A DNA stretch of 64,000 nucleotides from Octopus vulgaris (taxonomy: Eukaryota). Location: positions 75,888,001-75,952,000 of the forward strand of contig OX597831.1 of the NCBI GenBank assembly GCA_951406725.2, read 5' to 3'. Of this stretch, positions 51,331 through 64,000 are shown piece after piece. Position numbers and translations under genes: made by a program. The first letter of the stretch is position 1. Each line of letters begins with the position of its first letter. The notes under the pieces are model-generated. The model saw only the letters and a list, made by a program, of their open reading frames with translations, did not search any database and was not told where the DNA came from.

Positions 51331-54117
51331 ATATCCATTTTGTGCTGGAGTGCATGTCTAGTATGGACTATCATTGATGTGTCCATAAAAGAAACTGGAC
51401 CACAATTCGAAGGTCATTAGTTTACAGTCATCTTTTTTTAATTAAACGGCCAGCACAGAGATTTAATTTAGTCTTACGAAAAAGAATACGTCCATAACCT
51501 ACCTAGCTTTACTTGGTTAGGGATGGGATAAGAGTTGTTAGGAAGCGCAAGAATGCGGCTGATGTTCAGTTTGAACTTCAGGCTATCTGTTATGTAAGGT
51601 AAGTTGATGCTGTTACTGCTGTTGTTATGATTGTTTAGTCTCATGTTAGTCCTGATCAAAGCCTTTTTGCCATGACCATCTCATATTAAGACAAAGATGT
51701 CCAGGACTATATTAACCGAAGTGTTAGATGTCAAAGTATGATTTGGTTGCCACTTAGAGGAGGAGCCCTCATTGGTTGTAAATGGTGTTGGTTGTAGAGA
51801 AGGGTGGAATGAAGAGGGTGTGTGATGAAGGGGGAGGGAAGAGGGAATATAGAAAATTATGGTGGGAAGAAAGGAGCGGGGTACCAGAGGATTTAGGTGA
51901 GAAGAGTATGCAATCCAGAATTGATTTGGGGATAAAATAGGAGTAATAGACCTGCAAGAAATAGCAGCTACACCTCATTCAAATCACACACTACAGTCTT
52001 AAGGAAAGGAGACTTATGCATTTTGGATAATGTATTCTCTGATATTTTGTGCTTTAAACAAAGACGAGATGGTCACGGCTTGTACGCCTTTGATCACAAA
52101 TTCTACGCATTTAGAACGGGCCTGTGGCTAAGCAATAACAACAGCGACGTGAATAGACGTGAATAGAGAAATAATCTGTTTTTATTGGTGTGACTGGAAG
52201 CAGATAAAGTTATAAACTGCGTGTAAATATTGGGCTAAAAAGTCCAATATTTTCACTCCATTAAAAATGGATTATTTCACGTTCTCTCGAAGTTTCTGAA
52301 TTATTACGATGTAAGAATGGCTTATATCATTAAAAAAAACCTGTCGACTTTTATATAGATTCCTGTCTTCCTCGGCTCCACCAGTCACCATTTTAAGTGG
52401 AAGAGTTTCTATTCTGTATTCATGTCTTCCAAAAACCTAACAGTAAAGAATATGAAACGAAAGTCTTCATTCTTTGGATTCCGTAGCTTCGCGTAGTTAT
52501 TTAGCTCTAAATCATCTCTAATCGAAAACACCGATAATACAAAACATTCCATCTATGACCACCCAGTTTTGTTTTGGGTATGTATCTGCGACTACATAAT
52601 CGAAAATATTATTCATCGTGTGAATCGAGGGAGAGTGATTGCTGCTATTTCTAGCCGGTAGAGCTATCATATAATGGCCATCACATTGACTGGAGTGGCA
52701 TTATGTGTTACATCTCGAGTGAAGGTCGTAGGTTCGATATTTATCCTATTCTTTCTGAAAGGTGCTGCCTTACAGCAGGAGACTTGAGCATATCACTACA
52801 GTCGATGGTTGCAGAAGGGAATTATACCACCCTGTGGTACCTATTGATTGGGAACTAATGGATTCAGCCGTTGAGTAATAAGTGTTATAGCCTTGATGAA
52901 AAACCAAGTGTCTGACACGTGATTCGAACCGTTGACTTCTCACTCGGCTGTCCAGTTCTCTATAACCTCAGCTGTCTACTGTCTTTTCTTGGAAGTAAAT
53001 AGAAATACGAATCCCAGCATCTCTATTCTACAAAAGTTATTTAGGGATCTGCGTGCATGTAAGTCTGCTTGTGTGCATGTATCTATTAACATACTGTGAC
53101 TGGCCTTAGCCGAAAAGGGACAGACATACAACGAAAAATTCTATGACGGATAAAGGCAATTGTCATTGTGGGTTGTAAGCTCTCTGAACGTCTGCTGCTA
53201 GAGGCATGCATCTTTACCACATCTGTACAAAAGTGTGCAGGTCCCTAGCAGGTTTGAAAAGCCCATACCGGTCTGGCTCATGTTTAAGGGAGCAATCAAG
53301 CGGTGGCAATATTCGAGTTGCAGCCTGTATTTATTGATGTATGTACGTAGTAAGGGAATGTGGATTGGAGGTTAGGGTGTTGCACTCACGATCGCGAGGT
53401 TGTGGTTTCAATTCCCGGATCAGGCAGTGCGATGTGTTCTTGAGAAAAATACTTCTTTTCATGTTGCTTTGCGGTCACTTCGATATCTGACTCGTGGAAA
53501 ACAACCGTGTACCTGTACAAGCGATGTCATTTTGATGGATAGAGTGACCTAATGTGCAACAAATATTTGAGCACTGTAAATAATTCACCTGCACAGGTTG
53601 CTCAGCAAGATATTGCAAGGTTGTTTCTCTCGGATTCGAGTGTATCAAGATGTATGTATGTATGTATGTATGTATGTATGTATGTATGTATGTATGTATG
53701 TATGTATGTATGTACGTAATTCCATCCGTTCAGCCGGAAAGAAACCCCTGAGCCTGCTAGTTTCATAAGGTGTAATACATGCCCCAGCCTCAGTCGGCCA
53801 TTCTGACTGAATGCATTAACACCAAAAACTCCTTGTATGTCTCCAATCAAAATGGATGACCGAAAACCCAGATGTCTGTTACTTATGAAACTCAGAGCTT
53901 CGCCCAGTTTAATTGTGGTTGATCGAATGAGTTATCAATAATCTTCGATCGTTATTGATTATTTTTTCTTCTGTTCATTACTATCAATATAAACTTACAG
54001 AACCACTTTATTCCAAACCATTCTAGAATGATTGATGTTAAAAGGGAGGAAGACGTGGAAATTATCACTTCTCGAAGAGAAAAAAAGAAAGACTTACAGA
54101 TACTAAAGTAGCCGAAG

Positions 54118-54252
54118 TACTAGTAGTAGCAGTAGTAGTGGTAGCAGTGGTAGTAGTGGTAGTGGTGGTAGTAGTAGTAGTAGTAGTAGTGGTGGTAGTA
54201 TTAGTAGTGGTAATAGTAGTAGTGGTAGTAGTGGTGGTAGTAGTAGTGGTAA

Positions 54253-54283
<31 letters not shown>

Positions 54284-54518
54284 GATAATAGTAGTAGTGG
54301 TAGTAGTGATGGTAGTAGTAGTGATGGTAGTAGTAGTAGTGATAATAGTAATAGTGGTGATAGTAGTAGTGGTAGTAGTAGTAGTGGTGGGAGTAGTAGT
54401 AGTCGTGGTGGTGGTAGTAGTAGCAGTAGTAGTAGTAGTAGTAATAGTAGTGGTAGGAGTAGTAGTAGTAGTGGTGGTAGTAGTAGTGGTAGCAGCAGTG
54501 GTAGCAGCAGTAGTAGTA

Positions 54519-54559
<41 letters not shown>

Positions 54560-54583
54560 CGTGGTGGTATGGTGGTGGTGGTG

Positions 54584-54616
<33 letters not shown>
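54118..54616. repeat. (GTA)n/(GTG)n trinucleotide tract, about 500 bp
   Basis: Read directly from the sequence. Confidence 0.9.
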
Positions 54617-54944
54617 AAAATATTTGGTTTGTCAATATAGAATCGTTTGCCATATTTTCCCCTGGTTTCAGATTATTTTCTAAAAGCAAATTTTGCCCCA
54701 GTCACCGACTGATATTAAACTGGTGCCAAGTTAATGTCGAAGCATTAAATATGCGGCAGTAAGAGTGGAAAGGACGGTAAAAAGTTAACGACAAAGAAAA
54801 GAAAAACGCAACGCTAGTCAATATCAAATTATTTAGTTGAAATATGGGAAACAACCGCGTACATGTTCTTGCCTTATTAAGACCTCGTCAGCGAAACATA
54901 GCTGCACCGCATTTGTGATGAGAGCATCGCTAAGTATATACTAT

Positions 54945-55372
54945 CTTTTTTTCTTTTACTCTTTTACTTGTTTTAGTCATTGGTTTGCGGTCAGGCTGGA
55001 GCACCGCCTTGTAGAATGAGTCGCACAAATCGACCGCAGCACTTATCTTAAGTCTGGTATGTATTCTGTTGAAAGCTTTTTGGCGAACTGCTAAGTTACA
55101 GGATGTAAACAAACCAACACCAATTGTCAATCCTTTGAGGGAAACACACACATACAGACAGACACACAAGCACACACAAAGACATACAAAGACACACAAA
55201 CACAAACACACAACAAACACATACACAAGCACACATACAGATGTATGATAAGCTTGTTCAGTTTCCGTTCAATAAATTCACTTAAGAGCTTTTTGTCGGT
55301 CTGGGGCTGCGGCTGCAAGAATGGAAACGAACGTGCGGTTGCGAAATCGGTTGTCAAGCGACGGTGGGAGGA

Positions 55373-55421
<49 letters not shown>

Positions 55422-55572
55422 CGGGCTTCTTTCAGTTTCTGTCTACCAAATCCACTCACAAGGCTTTGGTCAGCCCGAGGCTATAGTAGAAGACACTTGC
55501 CCTAGGTTCCACGCAGTGGGACTGAACCCGGAACCGTATGGTTGGTAATCAAGCTACTTACTACACTGCCAC
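54945..55572 (-). mobile_element. Two adjoining or nested SINE family A copies
   Basis: Family A tail and body at 54945-55310, then a second body and head at 55345-55572. Confidence 0.7.
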
Positions 55573-55618
55573 GGTTGCGAAACTGCACAACTATATCTCA
55601 GCACAACATTATATATTA

Positions 55619-56117
55619 CCGTACATACTCGACTTTATAGTCAAGACGCACTCCCGACTTACAAGGTTCGAATCGGGAATTTTATCATTGACTTTTTTAC
55701 AGCTCGATTCGAACGCGACTTCGCGTATTCAACAACTTTCAGCTTGAAAGTAATATCGTGTGAATCCCTCTTCCTCTTCATGTTAATAAATAACATGGCG
55801 TCAAATTAAAGAAAGACAGGTACAAAAACAAACAAGCATTAAACTCACTTTTTTAAAAATAAATATTTCATACAAACAAAAGTAAAAATATATATATATA
55901 AAGAAATTTCTAAAGAGCCTCTTCCGTTTACTTCACGGCATCGGAATTAGCGATTCGGGTTTCGTCAGTTATTCTAAATGTCGGAACTTCAGACGTGGCC
56001 TGTACCTAGAAAATATCTGAAGATTTTTTTATATAGGATGCGCTTTTTAAGTCGCACCCCCAACTTTTGGTGAAAATTTTATTAGTAAAAGTGCGACTTA
56101 TAGCAGAGTATATACAG
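55619..56117. mobile_element. pogo/Tigger-type MITE with TA TSD
   Basis: Left end TA|CCGTACATACTCGACTTTATAGTC; right end GTGCGACTTATAGCAGAGTATATACAG|TA. Confidence 0.6.
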
Positions 56118-56217
56118 TAGATGGCCTCGGAATATAGAATAGTTTTAAAATTAATATTTTAGTTACCTGTCTGAAAAAGCAGTAATTAAAGTGTTAAGTT
56201 AATGTTAATATGCTTAA

Positions 56218-56522
56218 TCACGGTCACCGTCACCGTGACCGACCAGGCTATCAGATGTTGCTACACATCGCTGGTCACAATGCGCTTCGCATTGTTTTAG
56301 CCTTCAAATGACGCCACCCCGCTGGCTAAGTGAGCAGGCCAACAGAAGAAAGAGAGAGAGAAAGTAGTGGCGAAAGAGTACAGCAGGGATCGCCCCCCCC
56401 CCCCGCCCCGCCGGAGCCTCGTGGAGCTTTAGGTGTTTTCGCTCAATAAACACACACAACGCCCGGTCTGGAAATCGAAACTGCGAGTCCGCTGCCCTAA
56501 CCACTGGGCCGTTGCGCCTCCA
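56218..56522 (-). mobile_element. tRNA(Arg)-like-headed SINE with a distinct 3' body and (GACGGT)-type tail
   Basis: Head shared with 35275-35398; the 3' part differs. Confidence 0.75.
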
Positions 56523-56579
56523 AAATATGTTTAATACTGGGGGTAAAACAAAACAAAATGAAACAAAAACAAAAGTACA

Positions 56580-57093
56580 GTTATATGTGGTTAAGAAGCA
56601 CATTTTGCAGTCGTTTGGATTCGGGTTCAGTCTCAGTGTACGGCACCTTGGATATGTGTCTTCTATTATAGCCATGGGTCGACCGAAGCCTTGTGGTGGA
56701 ATTTTGGTAGTCGGAAGCTCAATGAAGCCCGTTGTACATATGTGTGTGTTTGTGTGTGTTTATGTGTTTGTCCTCCCGCTATCGCTTGACAAACGATGCT
56801 GGTGTGTTTACGACCCCGTAACTTAGCAGTTCGGCAAAGAGACCGATAGAATAAGTACTAGATTTACAAAGAATAAGTTCTGGGGTTGATTTGTTCAATC
56901 AAAGGCGGTGCTCCAGCATGGCCGCAGTCAAATGACTGAAACAAATAAAAGAATATATATATATATTGAGTTTCCGACTACCAAAATTCAACCACAAGGC
57001 CTTGGTCGACCCATGGGTATAGTAGAAAACATATGCCCAAGGTGCGTATACTGAGACTGAACCCGAATCCAAATTACTGCAAAGAGTGCTTGT

Positions 57094-57168
<75 letters not shown>

Positions 57169-57300
57169 GTGTGTGTGTGTGTGTGTGTGTACAAGCACTG
57201 AGTACAGCTTAAAACGATAGGCACTGGGGTCGACTTGTTCAACTAAACCGGCCAAATGGTGCTCCGGCATGACCGCTGTTCAATGATCGGCACAAGGTGA
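56580..57300. mobile_element. SINE family A copies and fragments (+ 56580-56952; - 56968-57090; + tail fragment 57190-57300)
   Basis: Family A motifs. Confidence 0.7.
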
Positions 57301-57399
57301 ATGATTGCTTTTGTGATCTTTCTATCTTCTGATCAATCCTATAAATTGCTACGGTTCACATTGTAGACTCAAATGAATTTTAATCTTACATTTGGAGAT

Positions 57400-57620
57400 A
57401 AGGCAGCGAGCTGGTAGAATTGTTACTGCACCGGACAAAATGCTTAGTAGTATTTCGTCCATCTCTACGTTCTGAGTTCAAATTCCATCGATGTTGACTT
57501 TGCCTTTCATCCTTTCGGGGTCGATAAATTAAGTACCAGTTACGCACTGAGGTCGATGTAATCGATCTGCTCCCTCAGTCAAAAATTGCTGGCCCTGAGC
57601 AAAAAGTTTTAAACCGATAT
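57400..57620 (+). mobile_element. SINE family B
   Basis: Full head, body and tail. Confidence 0.85.
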
Positions 57621-59542
57621 TGCAATTGAAAATGAAGAGGATAGGCAAAATGATATTAAGTGGAATCGACTGGATTTGGAATATTGATAAAATCTTGACT
57701 ACGAAGATTGTAGATTGGTGGGTAAGTTTGGCCGAGTAACTCGCATTCTATTCAGAAGAGTAGTCGAAAGTCTTTAAAATTACGTAAGGGAGATAATTCC
57801 ATCAAAATCAGTTAATTGAAGTTTTTTTTTTTAAATTATGTTGTCAAAACATCGCCTATAAGACCTTTGGTATGTAATATGTCAAGGTGAAAATTTTGCA
57901 TCAGTCGAGATTGTCCAAGTTCGATTCCAGGCGGCAAAAGTGAGTTGTATCCGTAATTCAAAGGAACAGCCTTGTCACATTGTGTCACGCTGAATCTCCC
58001 TTGAGAACTACCTTAAATTAGCAAACTGTTCCGTTGATTGGATCAGCTGATACCCTCGTCGACACAGTCTCTTGTTAGTCTTGAAACATACATCTGCCCA
58101 AAGGAAACGTCCCCACTCTATCTGTATATATGCATTAAAATATCCAATGTTCAACACAGTAGGCTGTGAAATGGGAGAGATTTTCTAGTCCCTACATAAT
58201 TGCCCCTTTCGTTAAACTGAAAAATTTGTATCGTGATGTGATTCTGCAGGAGGGTAAAAAAAAGAGAAGGGACTCATTCTTTTAAATAATTATACAATTG
58301 GATGTCATACATAAATATATAATAGTTGATAGGAATGTTTGGAAAAGATAAACAAAATTTCAATCAGCTGATCTAAATTGAATTATCTCCCTTGCTTTTT
58401 AAAAAATATATTTAAAGCAGCCCCTCTTTAACTGAACCTGTTTGAAGCCGGGTATTTCACTGGAGACATGCTTCTTTTCTCACTTTTCGTGGTGGTTCTA
58501 TGCATTGTTCTCCTCTTTAGCTTCAATGTTCCTCCAATGCCAAAATTAAGGGCTTGTAGCGGTGACTTCCTCTCTTGAATGAGCGCAGTTGTTACTTCTC
58601 TTCAAACTGGTCTTTTAAACAGTTTCTTTTTTTCTCCTCTGGCTAAACAATGATCATGATGTAGCTGACCCTAAGGTTTGTAATTAAAAAGAAAGATGTC
58701 AGGTACGTGCACTGCATGTCTGAGCCATTTCAGGTGATACTTATTGATTTTATTTTGTTATTTGCTTATATAATTCCGACTGATCAAAGGTTTTCACTTT
58801 TGTATGTTTCATGTGTAAGCTCTGCATACAGTGTTTTGACGATATAGTTAAGAACTACACTTAACTGATCTTAATTGAATTATCTCCCTTACTTTAAGAT
58901 TTTATGTAACTCTAGAAGAGGATAGGGGTTAATTTCGTTTCGTAATTTATTATCAGAATAATAAATCGCTGAGTGCTGGCCTGATAACGATGTTAATGAA
59001 TCGAATTAGGGATTGATTTACTTTAGCAGATATTAGCTTTGTTAGGACACTGGAATTATTTATTTATTAGGTATTTTTTCATGTTTGTACAATTTTTGGG
59101 GTTATAGCGGGGATAACAAAAAGGGATTGGATAATTATTTCTAATTTACCTGGTTAATTATCTCTAATTTGTTTGGATGAAAATCTCAAGCGATTCAAAT
59201 TTATCAACTCAATGTGTGAAAGACCTACATCAATGTTTTATCAACATAGATAAATAAAAATCTTCAATTAGCTGGTTTTAATTAAGTTAATCCCATTACC
59301 TTAAAATTTATAAGCAGGCCCCGAATTTATTATTTTTTTATTTGCTTAACTAATCTCAACTAATCCATGTTTTGCAGCTCTTCTTTTTACATATGAAAGA
59401 TTCTGCATTGTATGTTTGTTTAAAGTATATTGGACGCCTCTTTGGGGGGTTTCCCATCAGGAACTTTGTTGTCTTCTAAATAACATGCGACATTTCGATA
59501 AAGATGTGCGAATAATCTTGACTTCTACAAATAATGCACTAC

Positions 59543-59950
59543 AGGAGTGGCTGTGTGGTAAGTAGCTTGCTAACCAACCACATGGTTCCGGGTTCAGTCC
59601 CACTGCGTGGCATCTTGGGCAAGTGTCTTCTGCTATAGACCCGGGCCGACCAAAGCCTTGTGAGTGGATGTGGTAGACGGAAACTGAAAGAAGCCCGTCG
59701 TATATATGTGTATATATATATATATATGTGTGTATGTGTTTGTGTGTCTGCGTTTGTCCCCCTAGCATTGCTTGACAACCGATGCTAGTGTGTTTACGTC
59801 CCCGTCACTTAGCGGTTCGGCAAAAGGAGACCGATAGAATAAGTACTGGGCTTACAAAGAATAAGTCCCGGGGTCGATTTGCTCGACTAAAGGCGGTGCT
59901 CCAGCATGGCCGCAGTCAAATGACTGAAACAAGTAAAAGAGTAAAAAGAG
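59543..59950 (+). mobile_element. SINE family A, best-preserved copy
   Basis: A/B-box-like head, CORE-like segment, short internal TA/TG tract, 3' hairpin AGTC-AAAT-GACT and an (AGTAAAAG)-type tail. Confidence 0.9.
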
Positions 59951-60219
59951 AGAGTACATATATGCGTGTATGTGTGTAAGCTGTTGCTGTTGATGTCCAG
60001 CCTTCAATTAGACCTGAGCGATTAGACAGTTGATTAAAAGCATTCCAGCCATGATCATCCTGCATTATTCTTTACCCAGAACTACACAGTCCATTTTGCT
60101 TTTGTAAACCGAGGGAGATCTTGTTGCTGTGTTTAGCAGCTCGAACGACCAATTATAGGGTCTCTCGTATATATGGTTGTGTGTACATGTATCTGCATAT
60201 ATACGTACACACACCTACA

Positions 60220-62420
60220 TCTTATTCATTTCAGTCATTTGACTGCGGCCATACTGGGGTACCACCTTGAATGAATCAACTCCAGTATTTTTTGTTTAAT
60301 CCTGGTACCCTGGTACTTGTTCTATCGATCTCTTTCATTGAGCCGCTAAGTTGTGAGGCGGTGATGGCGGTGGGGATAAACACGCACACACACCACACAT
60401 ATAAGTGTGTATGTGTTTATACACACACACACACACACACACACACATAATAGTCTTCTTTGAGTTTCCAAGGCTTTGGTCAACACGAGGATCTTAGAAG
60501 AAGATGCTTTCCCAAAGTGTCACATGGCGTGACTGAACCCGGAACCATATGGTTCGGAAGCAAGCTTCTTACCACACATCAATGCCTACATCTATGGTTT
60601 ATTTTCTTAAATTTCTTCTTAAAATTGCGGAAGTTTTAGACTAAAATTAAATCCCAAAGTATTCGGAAAGAATTGGTCGTACGTATTGGCAAAACTAATT
60701 TCAGGAATTTCGTAGACTTAAATAGTGATTTTTTGTGTTTTGGAAGAGGTATTGCGAAAAATGGCGAATTGGTCGAATCGTTAGAGAATCAGGTGTAATG
60801 TCTTCCAGATCTCTGCATTCTGAGTTCAAATACCGCCAATGCAGTATATTGTTTTCTGTTCTTTTGAGTGGTAGAATTTATTCAATCGAGTTCCATCTAG
60901 TGTCGGTCCCAATTCTCTCCTTCACTCTTTTTCTTCCTTTCCGCTTCTCTCTCTCTCTCTCCCCTCCCCCTCTCTCTCTCTCTTGTACATGTAAATTTAT
61001 AATCTTAAAATTCCTCGTTTATATTGATTCATTTAGCTTCTCCCACCCCAACACTCACCTGTACAAATGGCAATTTCCTGATAATTTACTATTTGCAACA
61101 TTGACTTCTATTTTTTACCGTTTTTCTGTCAAACGCAAATCTGATTTATTCTCATTGTATTGAATTAATCAAGAATTATCTTGTAGCTATGAGGTTTAAG
61201 CGATGTAATTGATTATTTTAGAATGACATTGTAGGATATGTGTGAGAGGCCAAATTTGGATGGTTTAAACACAAGACAAGAATATTTGGGACTGGTATGG
61301 TCAGTATAAATGCGAAAGTCTTAATGCCTCCTTCCCGTTGTTACACAGAGAAACATCCTACATTTAACCTGGATTAAATTCACCATTATTTAATACTTAT
61401 GGATTACTTATAAAGAGGGGCCAGTACTTCTATCCTTTGTGTCTTTCTTTCGTCTTCTGCTTGCTCGAGTCATTGGATTGCGGCCATGCTGGGGCACTGC
61501 CTTCAAAGGTCTAGTTGAACACATTGACACCGGGTCTTTTTTTTCTTTCTTAAGCCCTGTACGTATTCTATCAGTCTCTCTTTGCCGAACTGCTAAGTTC
61601 GGGAATATAAACAAACCAACACCGGTTGCCAAATGGTGATAAGGTACAAGCACAAAAACACACAAATACATACGACTAGCTTTTTTTCAGTTTCCGTCCA
61701 CCAAATCCATCCACAGGGTTTTGGTCGGTCCGACGCTATAGTAGAAGACACTTGCCAAAAGTTGCCACGCAGTGGGACTGAACCCGGAACCATGTGGTTG
61801 GAAGGCAAACTTCTTCCTACACTGCCACGCCTGCGCCTATAACTATTAATAATGGCGTTTTGTTAGTGTAAATGGGGAATTATATCATCTATTTTTGAAT
61901 AAAAGACACAACTAAATCAGGTGACCTTCCCAGATGTCACCTATTAACTGTCCATATTAGCAGCAATGGGATTTGATCTCAAACCGTAGGGAATAAGGTG
62001 TTCCACTCCAGTAACACACCGATTCCTCTGTTCCAGATAGCTCTCCTGTTATCTTCGAGCAAAGAGTCTAATATCTCATCCGCTCGGCCATTTTGTCTTT
62101 TTAATAGACTACTCTGTTATCTCTGACTCGTTTCAGCCACTGGACTGCGGCCATGCTGGGGCGTCGCCTTGAAAGAAAGAGTTTAATCGAACAAGTGTAC
62201 TTCTTTCTCTTTTTTTTTTTTTTGAAGTCTGGTACTTATTCTATCGATTTTTTTCCTAAACCGCTAAGCTACGGAAACGTAAACACCAACATTGGTTGCC
62301 AAGTGACCATGATCATGGGGGTGGGTGGGAGAACACTGGCACAAACACACACACACATACACCACGTACACACACACACGATGGGCTTCTACATAGTTTC
62401 CGTTAACCAAATTCACTCAA
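60220..62420 (-). mobile_element. Three minus-strand SINE family A copies (60220-60590, 61440-61840, 62125-62420)
   Basis: Reverse-complement family A motifs. Confidence 0.75.
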
Positions 62421-62619
62421 AACAAAATGAACGGCCCTAGATTTAAACATTTACTTTAACTCTCATTTTTTACAAAATATTTATATAAAAAAATTGATTT
62501 GGGAACACAACAAAAAGCTCCTTTTAAAACTGACGAAAACGTCAGATTCCAAATATTTTCGTTTTTCTGCAAAAAAAAAAAAAATTAAAGTTATAAAAGT
62601 TTTATTAGTTTCTTTAAAG

Positions 62620-63216
62620 TAAGGCAACGAGCTGGCAGAATCGTTAGCACACCGGGCGAAATGCTTAGTGGTATTTCGTCTGTCTTTATGTTTTGAGTTC
62701 AAATTCCGCCGAGGTCGATTTTGCCTTTCATCCTTCTGGGGTCGATTAAATAAGTACCAGTTACGCACTGAGGTCGATATAATCGACTTAATCCATTTGT
62801 TTGTCCCCATCTGTGTTTAGCCCCTTGTGGGTAGTAAAGAAATAAGAATCGTTAGCACGCCAGAACTGCTTAGCGGTATTTCGTCTGTCTTTACGTTCTG
62901 AGTTCAAATTCCACCGAGGTCGACTTTGCCTTTCATCCTTTCGGGGTCAATTAAATAAGTACCAGTTACGCACTGGGGTCGATATAATCAACTCAATCCG
63001 TTTGTCTGTCCTTGTTTGTCCCCTCTGTGTGTAGCCCCTTGTGGGTAGCAAAGAAATAGGTATTTCGTCTGTCTTTACCTTCTGAGTTCAAATTCCACCG
63101 AGATCGACTTTCCCTTTCATCCTTTCCGGGTCGATAAATTAAGTACCAGCTGCGTACTGGATCGATCTAATCGACTGGCCTCTTCCCCAAAAATTGTGCC
63201 TAGAGTAGAAAAGAAT
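62620..63216 (+). mobile_element. Trimeric SINE family B
   Basis: Three tandem bodies (62620-62845, 62846-63058, 63059-63216). The first two end in GCCCCTTGTGGGTAG.AAAGAAATA and the last in TGTGCCTAGAGTAGAAAAGAAT. Confidence 0.85.
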
Positions 63217-63302
63217 ACTTTTTATAACGTACTTCCATTCAGTAATTTTCTTCGCTTTCCTTTGTTTTCCACTTCTTCCTCTGTCTCCCTCTATCCATCT
63301 CA

Positions 63303-63368
<66 letters not shown>

Positions 63369-63469
63369 TTACGAAATTCAAAGAATATCATTACTAAAAG
63401 TAAACGATATTTCCAATGCGAAAGTATGTTCTAGCAGTGGTAGGGTTTAGTATTAAAAAAACCAATAAC

Positions 63470-63880
63470 ATTAAACAGTATACAACAATATCCAATATTT
63501 AGCCAGTCTTACACAGTAGTTATATATATATATATATTATATGTAATATTTGGAATTTAGTGATACATTTCCTTCATATATAATACCACTTATATATAAC
63601 ACATTCAGCCATTATTCATACGAAATAATTAGCCATACACACAACGTTGCTATATATCTTTAGTCTCGAATCCAGTATTCAGTCAATCACATTTTATCAT
63701 ATATACAACGTCTAGCCATATACATTTAGTCAAACGACATTTAATCATACTCGATATTTAATCATATATATTTAGTCATAAACATTCATTCATATATCAG
63801 TCATTTGTTTCGATAATATACTAAATCATACCCTACTGTCAGTCATCTACATTTAGTCATAAACAGCATATAGTTATTCG
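63470..63880. repeat. Degenerate tandem repeat with an ATTTAG(T/C)CAT core
   Basis: The core recurs roughly every 20-30 bp. Confidence 0.55.
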
Positions 63881-63887
63881 CAACACT

Positions 63888-64000
63888 TAAGGTGGGGAGT
63901 TGGCAGAACCGTAGCACGCCGGGCAAATTGCTTAGCAGGATTTCGTCTGTTCTGAGTTAAAATTCCGCCGAGGTCGATTTTGCCTTTCATTCTTTTGGGG
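63888..64000 (+). mobile_element. SINE family B, cut by the window edge
   Basis: Head and body motifs. Confidence 0.8.

Overview
AT-rich, repeat-saturated eukaryotic DNA. The SINE, LINE and microsatellite landscape looks like an octopus (coleoid cephalopod) intronic or intergenic region; this is inferred, not proven. I can support no intact protein-coding gene: nearly all long ORFs in the track are translations of microsatellites or SINEs. The window holds (i) dozens of copies of at least four SINE-like families, here called A-D, with shared modules; (ii) decayed non-LTR retrotransposon ends (CR1/L2-group, Dong/R4-type and HERO-type RLE elements); (iii) two dead Tc1/mariner transposases; (iv) hAT and pogo-type MITEs; (v) Penelope-like remnants with degenerate hammerhead cores; and (vi) many mini- and microsatellites. 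The best leads are an 85-nt hairpin with pri-miRNA geometry (20126-20210), a U6 snRNA 5' fragment inside an (ATT)n tract (29105-29153), a covarying 3' stem-loop shared by a LINE and SINE family A, a 1.8-kb array with about 100 UGCAUG (RBFOX) motifs on the + strand, and three small candidate + strand exons. I found no convincing wholly new biological system; the leads are hypotheses. Repeat boundaries were read by eye and are approximate.
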